The translations under genes were made by a program, and so were the position numbers. From Octopus bimaculoides (lineage: Eukaryota), in contig NC_068988.1 in assembly GCF_001194135.2 (NCBI RefSeq), forward strand, positions 91,647,007-91,711,006: a DNA stretch of 64,000 nt. The letters run 5' to 3'. Shown piece by piece: positions 13,873 through 27,335 of the stretch; the stretch's first letter is position 1; each line of letters opens with the position of its first letter. The notes under the pieces are model-generated. The model was not told the origin of the DNA. It worked only from the letters and a program-made list of their open reading frames with translations, and did no database searches.

Positions 13873-14340
13873 TAGCAAATGCACCTGTCCCTTGGACGGT
13901 TTAAGTTGATTTGGTGGTATTTTTTTCACCGAATAATTGAACGGAAAATCAAATTGAAGGCCAGTTATTGTGGGAGTCATTGCACTTTAATGATCATGGA
14001 ACATATAAGTTTGCAAGCAATGCAAAGTAGAGCAAGTGAAGTGTTTTGGGAGTAGATTGAGGATAATGACTACAAAATATAATTACTTTAAATGAAAATG
14101 AAATTTCTTGTCAGAAACAACCACATAAATGATGTAATGAAATTGAAGGGAGACATTGAAACTTCCTTTCTGCGAGTTTATTTTTTTTCAACAGAAAAGG
14201 GAGCTATTTTTTTCATAGAGATAAGCTAGCAAAAGCCCCTTTATTCCGTCTTCCCACATAGCCTGCATATAAACTAACAGAAATGCTGCATAAAGTTAAA
14301 TTGGTATGGAGCTTTCTGAAAGACACATGGAGCTTTTGCT
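13872..14340. mobile_element. Possible Helitron/Helentron-associated non-autonomous remnant inserted in (TA)n
   Basis: Starts t|actagcaaatgcacctgtcccttggacggtt, resembling the ACTAGC...ACCCG/CGGGT 5' hairpin end of such elements; follows (TA)n tracts. Family assignment from recall only. Confidence 0.3.
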
Positions 14341-15502
14341 TGTGGAAGCAAAATTCTTATTTAAAGGTTGATCCTTTGGGACAAATCATAAGTGATTGTT
14401 TAAAAACGCGTGCTAACAATTCTGCCAGCTTGCTACCATAATAATTGTTGTAGTGAAAATGGTACACCACTTCCCACATGACAATGTGGTATGATAGCCA
14501 GTCATTATAGGGGGACAGTAGTAGTTCTCAGTTGGAGTCGGTGTCAGTTACGTGATCTATATAAGTTCAAGATACCGTCAAGGAAGATGTTACAAAGCTG
14601 TCTTGTGGAAGTAGCACGATAGATGAGACAAAGATAATAAGATGTGGAATACCGCCACAACATAATAGTGACAACAAGAAATATTACAGTACCCACAACA
14701 ACATACTGCTGGACGAGGATCCACATTATAACAATAATAATAATAATAATTGTTTTCGTTCCAGCACACGATCTCAGATCAGGTCACTTGCTATGCAAGT
14801 ACATCTCCGTAATAATAATTCTTTCTACTAATAAAGCTCCGGTTCAACAACAGATGTCAGCACTGTCTTTCAAGTTGATAAAGTACAAATTTGAAGCCCG
14901 TAAATTTTAAGGGCAGTATGTCTCAAATTAAGTTAAGAGGGCCTCATCTGAAGGTGAATCAAAATAATTAGATGAAGGTCAACACACATACACTTACACA
15001 CCAGATATTTTTATCAGTACATCTAGGCTAATGGACATGTGAGTTGCTTCTGGATTAGAAAAGAAAAAAATTTAATTATCTACCTGCCGGGGGGGGTAGG
15101 AGGCATAGGTGAGCAAAGCTGATGACATATATTCAGGGACAAACGACATAAACATGCTGGGAAAGACGAGAGCCGCTTGACTTGCTAAAAATAATAGGCA
15201 AGTTTCTATCGAATCACACCCTACTGACTTTATCACACCTACTGACAGGCGGGGAAGAAAAGGGGAAAATAACTAAATAAAACTAAAACAGCATTGTTAT
15301 GACTGAAACCTTTATTTGAAAAAGTCTACAGGATCAAAGTTCACCGGGGGCAAAACAGTGGTAGCTTCGACAATATCAACAGAAGCAGCAGCAACCAAGT
15401 TTAACAGGTAAACATGGTTTTTTTTCACAACAATCCGGAAATAAATTGAGGTGACAGTATAATTAATAAAAAAACATTTCACTAAATAGCAAATTCCGAT
15501 AG

Positions 15503-16383
15503 NNNNNNNNNNNNNNNNNNNNNNNNNNNNNNNNNNNNNNNNNNNNNNNNNNNNNNNNNNNNNNNNNNNNNNNNNNNNNNNNNNNNNNNNNNNNNNNNNN
15601 NNNNNNNNNNNNNNNNNNNNNNNNNNNNNNNNNNNNNNNNNNNNNNNNNNNNNNNNNNNNNNNNNNNNNNNNNNNNNNNNNNNNNNNNNNNNNNNNNNNN
15701 NNNNNNNNNNNNNNNNNNNNNNNNNNNNNNNNNNNNNNNNNNNNNNNNNNNNNNNNNNNNNNNNNNNNNNNNNNNNNNNNNNNNNNNNNNNNNNNNNNNN
15801 NNNNNNNNNNNNNNNNNNNNNNNNNNNNNNNNNNNNNNNNNNNNNNNNNNNNNNNNNNNNNNNNNNNNNNNNNNNNNNNNNNNNNNNNNNNNNNNNNNNN
15901 NNNNNNNNNNNNNNNNNNNNNNNNNNNNNNNNNNNNNNNNNNNNNNNNNNNNNNNNNNNNNNNNNNNNNNNNNNNNNNNNNNNNNNNNNNNNNNNNNNNN
16001 NNNNNNNNNNNNNNNNNNNNNNNNNNNNNNNNNNNNNNNNNNNNNNNNNNNNNNNNNNNNNNNNNNNNNNNNNNNNNNNNNNNNNNNNNNNNNNNNNNNN
16101 NNNNNNNNNNNNNNNNNNNNNNNNNNNNNNNNNNNNNNNNNNNNNNNNNNNNNNNNNNNNNNNNNNNNNNNNNNNNNNNNNNNNNNNNNNNNNNNNNNNN
16201 NNNNNNNNNNNNNNNNNNNNNNNNNNNNNNNNNNNNNNNNNNNNNNNNNNNNNNNNNNNNNNNNNNNNNNNNNNNNNNNNNNNNNNNNNNNNNNNNNNNN
16301 NNNNNNNNNNNNNNNNNNNNNNNNNNNNNNNNNNNNNNNNNNNNNNNNNNNNNNNNNNNNNNNNNNNNNNNNNNNNNNNNNNN
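15503..16383. other. Assembly gap (N run)
   Basis: Contiguous N bases. Confidence 1.
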
Positions 16384-16550
16384 CTAAGAGATCAAACACT
16401 TAAAACAAATGAACAGATAACCATTTAAAAACGAAAACACAAATACGTAACACTTCCTCTTTTTTTGAGATTAAAAGATTAAAGTGTTGTTTAACTATAA
16501 AGTTGAAGTGAATGTAACCTAAAAATTATTAGAGCTATTATTATTATCAT

Positions 16551-16815
16551 TGCAGCGAGCTGGCAGAACCATTAGCGTTGCCAGGCAAAATGCTTAGTGG
16601 CATTTGGCCCATCTTTACATTCAGAGTTCAAATTCCACCAAGGCCAACTTAAGCTTTCATTCGTTCGGAGTCAATAAATTTAAATACTAATCAAGTACTG
16701 GGGTTGATGTGATTGACTTTCCCCATCCTCCAAAATTTCAGGGTTTGTAACTCTAGTAGAAAGGATTATTACTATTAATTATTATTATTATTATTATCAT
16801 TATTATTATTATTAT
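16551..16815 (+). mobile_element. SINE family B (head gcgagctggcagaa...tgcttag, (ATT)n tail)
   Basis: tRNA-like head, gagttcaaattcc B-box, gtagaaaggattatt(att)n tail. Many copies: 13275-13505(-), 18140-18365, 18835-18995, 40816-41080, 62500-62715(-), 63767-64000. Confidence 0.8.
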
Positions 16816-17734
16816 TATAAGCACTGTTGCTGAAGACTTGGCCTTTGGATTCACTTCTGCAATATTTCAGGAAAATAACTTATTTCTAGCCTTTCCTATA
16901 TAGTAAACAGAGTTCATAGGCTAAATATATTTCTTCCAAAATATAAAGAAGTCACTGCAAGTGAAAGGAACCAACTATCTCAACCAATCTACACCAATTC
17001 TAGAAGTACATTACAATTGACAGAGATAATTAGTCAGACACACTCTAAGTACTCAAAATTAAAAATACACAAGATACACACTTACAATGCCCTAAAAGTG
17101 AACAGGAAAGCAAGACACACAGACACACATACATACATGCACCATCATCATCATCATTTTTATGTCTGCTCATTCTATGCTTGCATATGATGGATGGTAA
17201 CTTCTTGAGGCAGTATTCAAAGGTTAGATGCCTTTCCTAACCCCAACCTTTACTTGTCTTCAAGTAAGGGACTTTACCCCAGTGGTTTTTCACATGTCAA
17301 AGCAAGAGACTTTAATGAACATCACTTTTTGCAAAGACATGCAGAAACAAACACATGTGCACATATGAATGCATGCACACAAACATCTACACACACAAAC
17401 ACACACACATACACTAGGCTTCTGTGCAGGGTCCGTCAACCAAATTTCACTTACAAGACATTGTTCAATGCAAATCTAGAGTGAAGGACTGATTCAGTGA
17501 CACTTAAATGGAATGACATAAATAAATCTACTTGTACATACTTTATTGATTTCAACAGAAGTGCCTGAAAACCAAGGACTGATACGTAAATAAACTAGGC
17601 TTCCATTAAACAGATATAACAGCAGTTAGTTGTTATCATTTAACGAGAGGTCAGCTATGAGTGAACAAATTTCGAAGGCATTACAGCTGAATATCATCAT
17701 ATCTTTTTCTAGCTTTATTGTATCTCGCCTGACT

Positions 17735-17942
17735 GGCCTTCATGCTGGTGGCACGTAAAAAGCACCCACTACACTCTTTGAGTGGTTGGCGTTAGGAAGG
17801 GCATCCAGCTGTAGAAACTCTGCCAAATCAGATTGGAGCCTGGTGTAGCCATCTGGTTTCACCAGTCCTCAGTCAAATCGTCCAACCCATGCTAGCATGG
17901 AAAGCGGATGTTAAACGACAATGATGATGATGATGATGATAT
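17735..17942 (+). mobile_element. SINE-like family C (RTE-like 3' tail ending aaacga(tga)n)
   Basis: ggtggcacgtaaaaagcaccc...ccatgctagcatggaaagcggatgttaaacga(tga)n. Nearly identical stretches at 31857-31960, 38172-38455(-) and 55168-55470(-); older copies at 20632-20840, 38930-39155, 44930-45080, 50515-50715 and 53110-53370. Confidence 0.85.
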
Positions 17943-20034
17943 TATCCAATGTATCTGCTCTTTTCCCATTTTCTGTTGCAAGACAATTAGATGCAATAAA
18001 GAGCTTTGGCTGCTATTTCTAGCCAGTTGAGTGGTCACATAAGGACTCCCATACTGGATCATCTGCAGTTGGTACTTGCAAGAACTCATGTAATATTTGA
18101 ATTCTGCAAGGATTCCTAACAGCTCATTATTATATATGAAGGTGGCTAGCTGATAGAATGGCTACCGTGATGGACGAAATGCTCAGCAACATTTCTTCTG
18201 ACTAGTCATGTTGTGAGTTTAGTTGCCATTGGGGTTGAATTAACCGTTCAGCTTTTCAAGATTGATAAAATAAAGTTCCAGTTAAGTACTGGCGTCAATG
18301 TAATCAACCAGACCCCCTTCCCAAAAAGTTTCAGGCCTTGTGCTCAAGGTAGAAGAAAAGGATTATGTTACTATGTAGCTCAGCTTAAACACACAGATGT
18401 CCATGGACCAAATGAAGCTTTCTAACAAAGTCACCATCCACAGCCATCTTGTCTATATTATAGAAATGTTGCTTGACAGTTTTGGACTAAAGATATGTGA
18501 CTTCTATTTTAGAGATTCTAACACATTTACTGTGAGACACTTGGTTGCTATGGTGAACTGGTCAGGTGACTACATGGAATGTTGGCTTCTAGGTTCATTC
18601 ATTAGTTTATGACAAGCATGATTATATATATTATATATAGTCTATTATATAGATAATATAGGTTATATCTATTGTATATAAACCACATATACATACATAT
18701 ATACATACACAAATACACACAGAGAGACACACATATGTAAGTACTATCACCCCAGTAGAGTTTGCCACTTGCAAATTATCTTTTTATGTTTCTAAAAATA
18801 AGCTAAATCTGTCCAAGCTTTTCTTTGTTTCATTGAGCTGGCAGAATTGTTAGAGCATGGGATGAAGTACTTTGTGGTATTTCTCCTGGCTCTTAACATT
18901 CCAAATTCAAATCCTACCAGGGTCAACTTTGCTGTTCACCCTTTTAGGGTCAATAAAATAAAGGATCAGTCAAGAACTGGGGTCGACATATTTAATAAGA
19001 CCCCTCAGCTTAAAATGGATGGCCTTGTGCTTATGTTAAGAAATTATTTTTCCAAGTTTCTCCAGGTTCTATATACTTAGTTCCAGGTCAACTTTGATTA
19101 GAGATATTCTATCCATAACCATTTTAGAGGTATTCTAGCCATAACCATTTACAAGATAACATCATCCAGTGAATCCTCTCTTTTTCTTTCTTAAGATGAC
19201 ATAGTTTGGAATTTCTGAAGTTCAACTGTCCTGAAATAATCCATAAAGATAGTCATAACTGCTGTGGCTATTCTATCCATTTATGTTGGACAGACACTAT
19301 TAAAGCTCCACAATGTAAGGCCATTTGTCTTAGTTATTCACTGTCAACAAGGAGATATTTGCTGTGTATGAATCCTGCTTGGGTGTTCCTTGTCATTCCA
19401 CACCTACCTACATCAACTGTACAGTTACTGGAAATACTGGTTAGCAACTTTAAGTAGTCACTAACCTAACACAGATTATCAGAGATGAGTCAATAAAGTA
19501 TTGGACAACAACAAAAAAGGTTTAATAGTTTATGTCTTGCCACTAGGACTTTGTAGAGCTAAATATAATCAATACTTACAGTTTGAAGGGAATAAGTTGA
19601 AAGTACCAGCATTGGAGCAGAAATAACCCTAAATAACCAGTCTTCAGCAACACGTGATAAGTATAGATAAAAACGATAACATATTTGTAGAAGAGGTATA
19701 GCTAATTAAACGAAACCCACTAATGACTTGAAGTCATTTCATATGAAATACAATGCAGAAATGAGTGAGAGGAATACAACAGAGAGTGAGAGAGAAGAAT
19801 AGTAGACATGAATGAAAAAGAGAAAGAGAGAGAGAGTTGGAAGACCAGAGAAGATATTGTGGTATTGATGGTGGCAATGTTTCAACACCATCAATTTAAC
19901 CTAAGCAAATATGAAGAAAACTAGTTGATGTGAAAATGATAGATACAAGAAACATCTGGGCAAAGGAATTCTAAAAGACAACATCAAACTAACCTGCTAA
20001 TCTTTCTATGGACAGATGGTTATTCTTTCTCTAA

Positions 20035-20254
20035 TCCTTTAGCAGTTAAATCTGCCATATCCAGCCCAAATATTCTACCTTTTTAATGTTCAAACTGGCT
20101 ACAACTGGCCTCTCACATCTACCCTACAATGTCATTCCCAAAATATATTATCACATCACTGAAATCTTGACGCCACAAAATAATGCAGGATTAATTCAAA
20201 ATAATGTGAATAATTCAGCATTATATTTGAAAAAGTAATTTGAATACTAAAGAG
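20035..20254. mobile_element. piggyBac-like MITE, second family (ccctttag...ctaaaggg, TTAA flanks)
   Basis: ctaa|tcctttag ... ctaaagag|ttaa. Homologous copy at 53509-53722 (ccctttag...ctaaagtg|ttaa) and partial copy ending agggttaa at 5118. Confidence 0.6.
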
Positions 20255-21500
20255 TTAATAAGACTCTAAGAACTAGTCAAATCTAGTCACTGTTTTCCAC
20301 TCCTGGAGAAACTTTCTACAGGAAGGCTAAAAATGTATATCTTACTCTCAAATAATCCAAAAGTGATATGTAGTGCACTATAAATGAATTAATTAACCCA
20401 CATTGTCAGCACGTGCACTATTATGCAAATCAGAGGGACAAGTTTAGCTGATTGTATATACTATAAATAGATAATAAGACACTACCAAGCAGAGAAGATG
20501 AGTTTTCTTTCCCTGGTGAAGGCCTAAGTGGACATTTCAAACAACACACAAATATAACGCCCTCTTTACACTTCAGACACGAATGTGTATTGAGTACGGA
20601 ATTTCACACAAACAAATTTTATATATATGTCATCATCATCATTTAATGTCCATATTCCATGCTGGCATGTGTTGGAGGGTTCAACAAGATCCGAATAGCC
20701 TGAGGGCTGTGGTGGTCTCTAACATCTGTTTTGGCAATGTTTCTATGGCTTGATGCCTTTCCTGATTCTAACCACTTTACAGAGTGCACTGGGTGCTTTT
20801 TTTTCATGAACTCAACACTGGTGAGGTCACCAAGTAACTCACATATAATTATATAGAGAGAGGAGGGAGGGAGAGGTGTGTGTGATTGAGAAATACACAT
20901 ATATATATTTATGCATGCATGGAATTACATGTATAGAGGATGTTATGTGCTATTTGATAACATTATAAAAAAACTATTGGGTAGAAATGTAATAGTCAAT
21001 CAAATTCACTTTAAGTTATATTCATGAATTCTATATACACAATTTCATTTCAGAAAATGTAGCACTGCAGAACAATGTCAGACAGTTAGCCAATGTGATG
21101 AACAACAAACATTTTCATACATCTCTTATGCATGGTTCATCTCAATTGAATATCAGCCAAATACCATTTGCATTGCATTCTGAAGGTTTACAATGTATCA
21201 CTTTAGAATTTCTATATTGCCTACAATGTCAGAATGCCATTTAGAGTTCTATTTTATTCCTTAATGTTACATTTGTTTTGGCATCTTTTCCTTATATTTT
21301 ATTAATTTCTTTGTTAAATCCCAAATGAATTATTGTAAATGAAGTGCTGGCATGATTGTGCGGTAAAAAAGTTCACTTTCAAACTGCGTACTTTTGGGTT
21401 CGGTCCTATTGCATGGCACCTTAGTCAAATGTTTTATATCATGGCTTCAAGCCAACCAAAGCCTTGAGATTAGATTTGGCAGACATACTGAAAGGGGTTT

Positions 21501-22383
21501 TGAGGTGCATGCAAAAAGTATCCGACTATTTCTTCCCACAAAAACTGATGTCACATGGGTAAAACCCTTTGGGTGGGAGGTGACACCACCCTTCCTGCAC
21601 ATGCATGGAAATTTTTGCACCAGTAGGCTGCACCAGTTCCCAGCTGTTATACCTAGAGTACAGACATGTGGTGCATACTTGTTGGATTTTCATTTTCATG
21701 TAAGGTAAGTGAATGCAATGAGCAGAGACTATAAACCCATGTCTCATCACCAGTGATAATAGTCTTCATGGAGTCTGAATCATAATTTGTACAGCTCAGC
21801 ATGTCCTCAGTAATTTCCGTGCAGAGTTGCTTCTTCTGATCCACCAGCACCTTACGGAGGAATTTTGCTGACACTCTCCACATGTACAAATCCTGCATTA
21901 AAATGGAATACACCGATTCTGTGCTTATTCCTACTTTGTGAGCAATTTCCTGGATTGCTTCACAACAGTCTTCCATGACTATTCACCAAACTTTCTCAAC
22001 TGGTTCTTCGTTTTGGCTTGTGGATGGCCTGCCTGAGCATGCCTAACACTCCACCAAAGAGCAGCCATGTTTGAAGTGGTTGTACCACTCTTTGATCTGA
22101 GCTTTGCTCATGGCATCACCATCAAAGGCCTGTTCAGTCTTTTGGATGGTTTGAGCTTCAGTGTCACCAAGTTTTTAGCAAAACTTAATACAATATCTTT
22201 GCTCGATGTGTTTGGTGAAAACAAAAATCTGATGAGTATGCGCTACACATCCATATTCTAGGCATAAAAGCTTAGTGGTGTGAAAATTTTCGTGCATACA
22301 CAGGAAAGGATGATGTCACTTCCCACCCAGCATTAGTTTTAGCAGGAAAAAAGAAAGTCAGATACTTCTTTGAATGTACCTCA
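21501..22383 (-). mobile_element. Internally deleted mariner element with both TIRs
   Basis: Left TIR tgaggtgcatgcaaaaagtatccgact (21501-21527) matches the reverse complement of the right TIR agtcagatacttctttgaatgtacctca (22356-22383), followed by TA. ORF 21653..21976(-) contains RVSAKF and IITGDETWVY; downstream catalytic residues are missing. Confidence 0.9.
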
Positions 22384-22619
22384 TATGTGAGTGTGTTTGT
22401 CTCCTTCCTTGACATCACACAATAGTTGTAAATAAATGTCATAGAAAGAAGTGTAGTTTGTTTTCAATCTTCTCTGGAAAATATGTCCAGTCCCTGGGAA
22501 ATACTACCTTGCTTGGAAATAGGAAAGGCATCTGGTTGTATAAAATTCATTTCAATGAATTCTGCCTGAACCATGCAGACATGAAAATGTGGATGTTAAC
22601 ATGATGAGGATAATTTCTT

Positions 22620-22810
22620 GAGTCATACAAACACTTAATGATGACAATTTAGCCATTGAGCTCAATTCTAGAAGAACATATTAGAATGTTTTGGTAATGA
22701 TGTCACAAAATCTGGTTAGATGAAACATTTCATGTGGAAGGTGCCATTGATCAACACAACTGTGCTTTATGATGCAATAACGCACAAAAATTTGTAATGT
22801 AAGGTGTGGC
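22620..22810 (+). mobile_element. Possible Tc1/mariner-superfamily (rosa/maT-like) transposase fragment
   Basis: Translation DETFHVEGAIDQHNC resembles the SDEA-FHL-G-VN-HNC motif; heavily decayed. Confidence 0.3.
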
Positions 22811-23170
22811 TAGTGCTAGATATAGGGTGTTTCAGCTAGGCTAGTCATCATTGCCATACAGTGATATATATTTTTTCAGTAGGGTGGGACTTCACCTTAT
22901 TTTGTTGACAACACAAGAACATGGTAAAACAAACATTGGACTAAGCAGCAGACAAGTTGCTGAGTAATATTCTTTGCAAATGTTGTCAAAAATTTTCTGA
23001 CTTGACGATCTCCGATGCTTTCTTGTGGAGATACTTCAGGAATAATGACTACCAATGCAACCATACCAATATCCAGGAAAAGCAAAAAGAATCAAATTTA
23101 TCAATGATCACAGCATATTTTTTATAACTTATAGCTGATTAAGTCTCAAAGCCTGCTAATCAATAAACAA

Positions 23171-23204
<34 letters not shown>

Positions 23205-23206
<2 letters not shown>

Positions 23207-23610
23207 TTTTATTCTTTTACTTATTTCAATCATACGACTGTAGCCATGCTGAACCACCACCTTGAAAGGTTTTGGTCAAACAAATTAACCCAGGACATTT
23301 TTTTCTTTAAAGCCTAGTACTTATTCTATCAGTCTCTAATACCGATCTGCTAAGTTATAAGGACATAAACACACCAACTCTGGTCATCAAGTGGTGATGG
23401 GGGGACAAACAGAGACTCACACGCACATGTGTGTGTGTGTTTGTGTGTGACAGGTTTCTTTCAGTCTCCATCTACCAAATCCAATCACAAGGCTTTGGTT
23501 GACCCAAGGCTATAGAAGAAGGCACTTGCCCAAAGTGCCATGCAATGGGACCGAATCCAGAACTATGTGGTTGGGAAGCAAGCTTCTTACCACACAGCCA
23601 CACCTGCGCC
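23205..23610 (-). mobile_element. SINE family A, older full-length copy
   Basis: Tail cttttattcttttacttatttcaatc..., internal (TG)n, head end cacagccacacctgcgcc. Confidence 0.8.
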
Positions 23611-24017
23611 TATATATATATATAATATATTGAAATTTAATTTTCATCTAAACCATATACTTTACATAACACTGACCTCTTCTCTTGCATTCATTTGACA
23701 TGCTTTAATGATTATATATGATGATGATGAGTGTTAGTGTGTGTGTGTGTTACTCTCTCTTTGTCTTGGCATGGTAGTTGTAAAACAAACACAGCCTTCA
23801 TACAAGCAGTGTCCTTTGTTTCCAATCTTGCACAAAAATGTGCCTGGCCCTGGGCAAATATTACTTTACTTGGTAACAGAGCACAGGATTATCAGAATCT
23901 TAGAAGGTCAAGCAAGATGCCTTGTGCTATCTGTTTTGGTTCTTTGCATTCTAACAGAAATAAGTTGGCAAGCATTACCTTGGATAAACATTATTGATGT
24001 AAAGAGGAGAGATTTAC

Positions 24018-24206
24018 TTCCATCGGCAAATCCTTGTCATCTTTATAGATAATTTTGCCCAGGCTTGCACATGCACAAAAACATGGTCATCCTGGATCAA
24101 CAGAGGCCCTGTAGGATACTTTGGTGCCTTTGCAGAATACACTGTAGCCAGCTCTTGGGCTAAGTCTCCATTCTGAGAATAACTTCCTACTATCAATCAC
24201 AAAGCT
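24018..24206 (-). other. Candidate 189-nt exon with one in-frame TGA (or a stop-free 155-nt version from an internal acceptor)
   Basis: Acceptor tcatcccttgctctttcag| and donor GAA|GTAAAT. Phase 0 reads SFVIDSRKLFSEWRLSPRAGYSVFCKGTKVSYRASVDPG*PCFCACASLGKIIYKDDKDLPME, with TGA as codon 40 of 63. Confidence 0.15.
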
Positions 24207-26118
24207 CTGAAAGAGCAAGGGATGATATCTTTTCTCCACTGACAAAGGAAGAATTAAAAATATCAAGTAAAAAGAAAAAAAACAATATGGTTGGAAAAAC
24301 TCATTATCAAAAATGTCACAATGATCTAGCCAAATGTGAAGATGATATGATAATTTGGTCATCTGCAACATGCAGATGATAACATGCCCAAACAAAGATA
24401 TTCAGTTTAAGAGGTTGATGGCAGCTGACCTTACCGAATGGGAACATTAAAGAGGCTAGACATTAACATTAACACTGGTGCAGGTTTGGCTTATGTGGTT
24501 AAGAAACTTGTCCCCAACCATATAGTCTAGGGTTCAGTCTTACTTGACGGAACTTTAGGGAAGCATCCTATTATAGCCCCGGGCCTTTCAAGTGGATCTA
24601 AGAGATGGAAACTGAAAAGAAGCCTCTCGTATATACATAAACACACACGTATGTATGTATGCATGCATCCATGAACATGTATGTGTGCTTGTATACTTTT
24701 GTCTAGGCCTAGAGCATCACCATTATATAAGTGAGATTGTTTATTTCAAGTCTTTCATGAAAAACACGTCTAGTTGTGGGAAAATATTACCTTGTTTGGA
24801 AATGGGTGAGACTTAGTAACAGGAAGGGCATCTAACTGTAGAAAATTCGCTCCAACAAATTCAGTCGGTTCCATGAAAGCATGGAAAAGTGGATGTTAAA
24901 TGATGATGATGAATAACAATGATGACTTGACTGGAACAAGAGTGATGATGGAAATATAACCTCAAAGACTTGAGCTGAATCGTGTACGGATGACAAGTAG
25001 AAGACTGCATAGCACTGGAAGTAGCATTATATCATTGTAATTGACAGAACATGAGCAGGCTTCAATACATTAATAAAAACCTTATAATTAATTCATTAGC
25101 CAACATAAAAATTTAACATAAAAAAACAGCAACGTTTAGGTAGGTAAATGTTGTTGTTGTTGTTAACATTTGACTGTTGGCCTTAAGCCCAACCAAACAG
25201 CATTTCATTAATCACAATCTCTGATTCACCGGATCAATATTATACTATGTTGATAAAAGGCAGATTAGTTACTATAGCAATTGAATCACTCAATGTAAGA
25301 CATTTTCAGTAATTTGAACAGAACAAAACAACAATAATTATACAAGATAGGAAAATTTTATAGAGTATCTTTTACAGATATATGGCAGTGGAGATGGGGA
25401 AGAAAATTGATCTACACCTTTGGCAGTTAGCCACTTCTTTCATGAAGTTCTGCTGGTTATTCTAATAACCCTTTAATCATTTCTAGTTTTGGCTCACAGC
25501 AATTATCTATTTTGCATAAGTTTTTTTTTTTTTTTTTTTTTTTTACAGATTCTTCTACTCATTTCATTTTATACAGATGTGTGCAATGTTTTTATATTAG
25601 CTTTGTTCAAACATCTTGATGAAAGTTCAGCATCAAAGTGCTGTTATTTCTAATGGTGTTTGTACACCTGATCTTGGTTAAAGTTTATAGAGATAACAGC
25701 AGCATAAAAGTAAAAGTATGCCTTTAAATGTACATGGTAATTAGAAGAAACAAAAACACGCCAATTACAATGTGCATGTTTTTGCGTGTATTTAATAACT
25801 ATACCATTAAATTCACACATAGGCCAGATTACATTCTTCTTAAAGTGCATATGAAATGCTATAGATGTTTCAATTTGTGTCTATGTATGCTCATGGATGT
25901 GTGTGTGTGTGTGTGTGTGTGCATGGTATATATATATTGTTCACCAGTTCATTTATTTTTATGAACATATTTCCCATGCTGGCAGAGATGAGATGAATAT
26001 ATTACCGAAGCATTGTTTTACAACCAGATGCCCTTCCTGTCGATAATGCTTACCTGTTTTGCAAGTAAGGGATGTCTTATACTACAATGAGTGATTTTCA
26101 GTGAAGTGCAAATGAAAA

Positions 26119-26151
<33 letters not shown>

Positions 26152-26304
26152 TGAGCTTTAGTAGAAGACATTTGCCCAAGGTGCCACACACTGGAATTTA
26201 ACATGAAACCATTGAAAAGTGAACTGCTTAACAGCACAGCCATGCCTGCACCCATACATACACGTGTGTGTGTGTGTGTGCGTGTGCTTGCTTGCGGATA
26301 TATG

Positions 26305-27225
26305 GCTTGAAATTTTGAAGATGAGGGCTAGTCAATCACATCGACCTCAAGTCTCGACCGGTACTTATTTCACCAGGCCCAAGAGGATGAAAAGCAAACT
26401 CAACCTCAGCAGAATTTGAACTCAGAATGTAAAGACAGGCATTTTCCCCAGTGTGCTAACTATTCTGCCAGCTAGCTGCCATAATAATAATCCTTTCTAC
26501 TATAGGCACAAGGCCTGAAATTTGGGGGCAGAAGACAAGTCAATTACAATAACCCCAGTGCTCAACTGGTACTTACTTCACTGAGTCCAAAAGGATGAAA
26601 GGCAAAGTCAACCTCGACATTCTTTTCTAATATGGGCACAAGACATGAAATTTTAGTGGAAGGGGTAATCAATTACATCAACCATAGTAATTGACCGGTA
26701 ACTTATTTTATCAATCTTTTAAGGATGAAAGTTAAAGTCAATCTCAACAGAAAATGAACATATTTCCCACGCTAGCAGAGACAAGATGAATATAGAGCCA
26801 AAAGAAATGCTAAGCATTTTGTCTAGCATGCTAACAATTACACCAGTTTGCTACCTTAATAATAATAATAATCATTTCTACTACAGGCACAAGGCCTGAA
26901 ATTTGGGGGAAGGGGATAAGTTGATTACATCAACCCCAGTGTGCAACTGGTACTTATTTCATTGACCCTGAAAGGATAAAAGGCAAAGATGACCTTGGTG
27001 GAATGTGAACTCAGAATGTGCAGACAGACAAAATACCGCTAAGCATTTAACCCAGCGTGCTAACGATTCTGCCAGCTTACCGCCTTAATAATAACCCATT
27101 CAATTACAGGCACAAGGCCTAGAATTTTGGAAGAGGGGATAGTCAATTGACCCAGGGCTTGACTGGTACTAATTTCATCAATCCCAAAAGGATAAAAGGC
27201 AAAGCTGACCTCAGCAGAATTTGCT
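26305..27225 (-). mobile_element. Head-to-tail cluster of ~5-6 SINE family B copies, all the same orientation
   Basis: Repeated cctttctactataggcacaaggcctgaaattt...aaaggatgaaaggcaaagtcaacctc...aacgattctgccagct modules joined at (AAT)n tails. Confidence 0.8.
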
Positions 27226-27227
27226 TG

Positions 27228-27335
27228 ACAATGATAATTTGCTCTTTGATAATGATAATTTGCTCTTTGATAATGATAATTTGCTCTTTGATAATGATAA
27301 TTTGCTCTTTGATAATGATAATTTGTTTGCTCTTG
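27228..27335. repeat. 21-bp tandem repeat (ataatgataatttgctctttg), ~4.7 copies
   Basis: Units at 27228, 27249, 27270 and 27291 plus a partial unit at 27312; near-perfect. Explains the repetitive ORFs 27060..27404. Confidence 0.95.

Noticed and set aside
22879-22925. Peptide GGTSPYFVDNTRTW resembling a WW-domain half
   Set aside because: Lacks the correct spacing of WW motif residues (YFVDHNT-TT-W) and the first Trp exon; likely chance.
25521-25548. T24 tract plus acag as a strong acceptor or a retrocopy poly(A) tail
   Set aside because: No TSD or recognisable mRNA body found, and the downstream frames close quickly.
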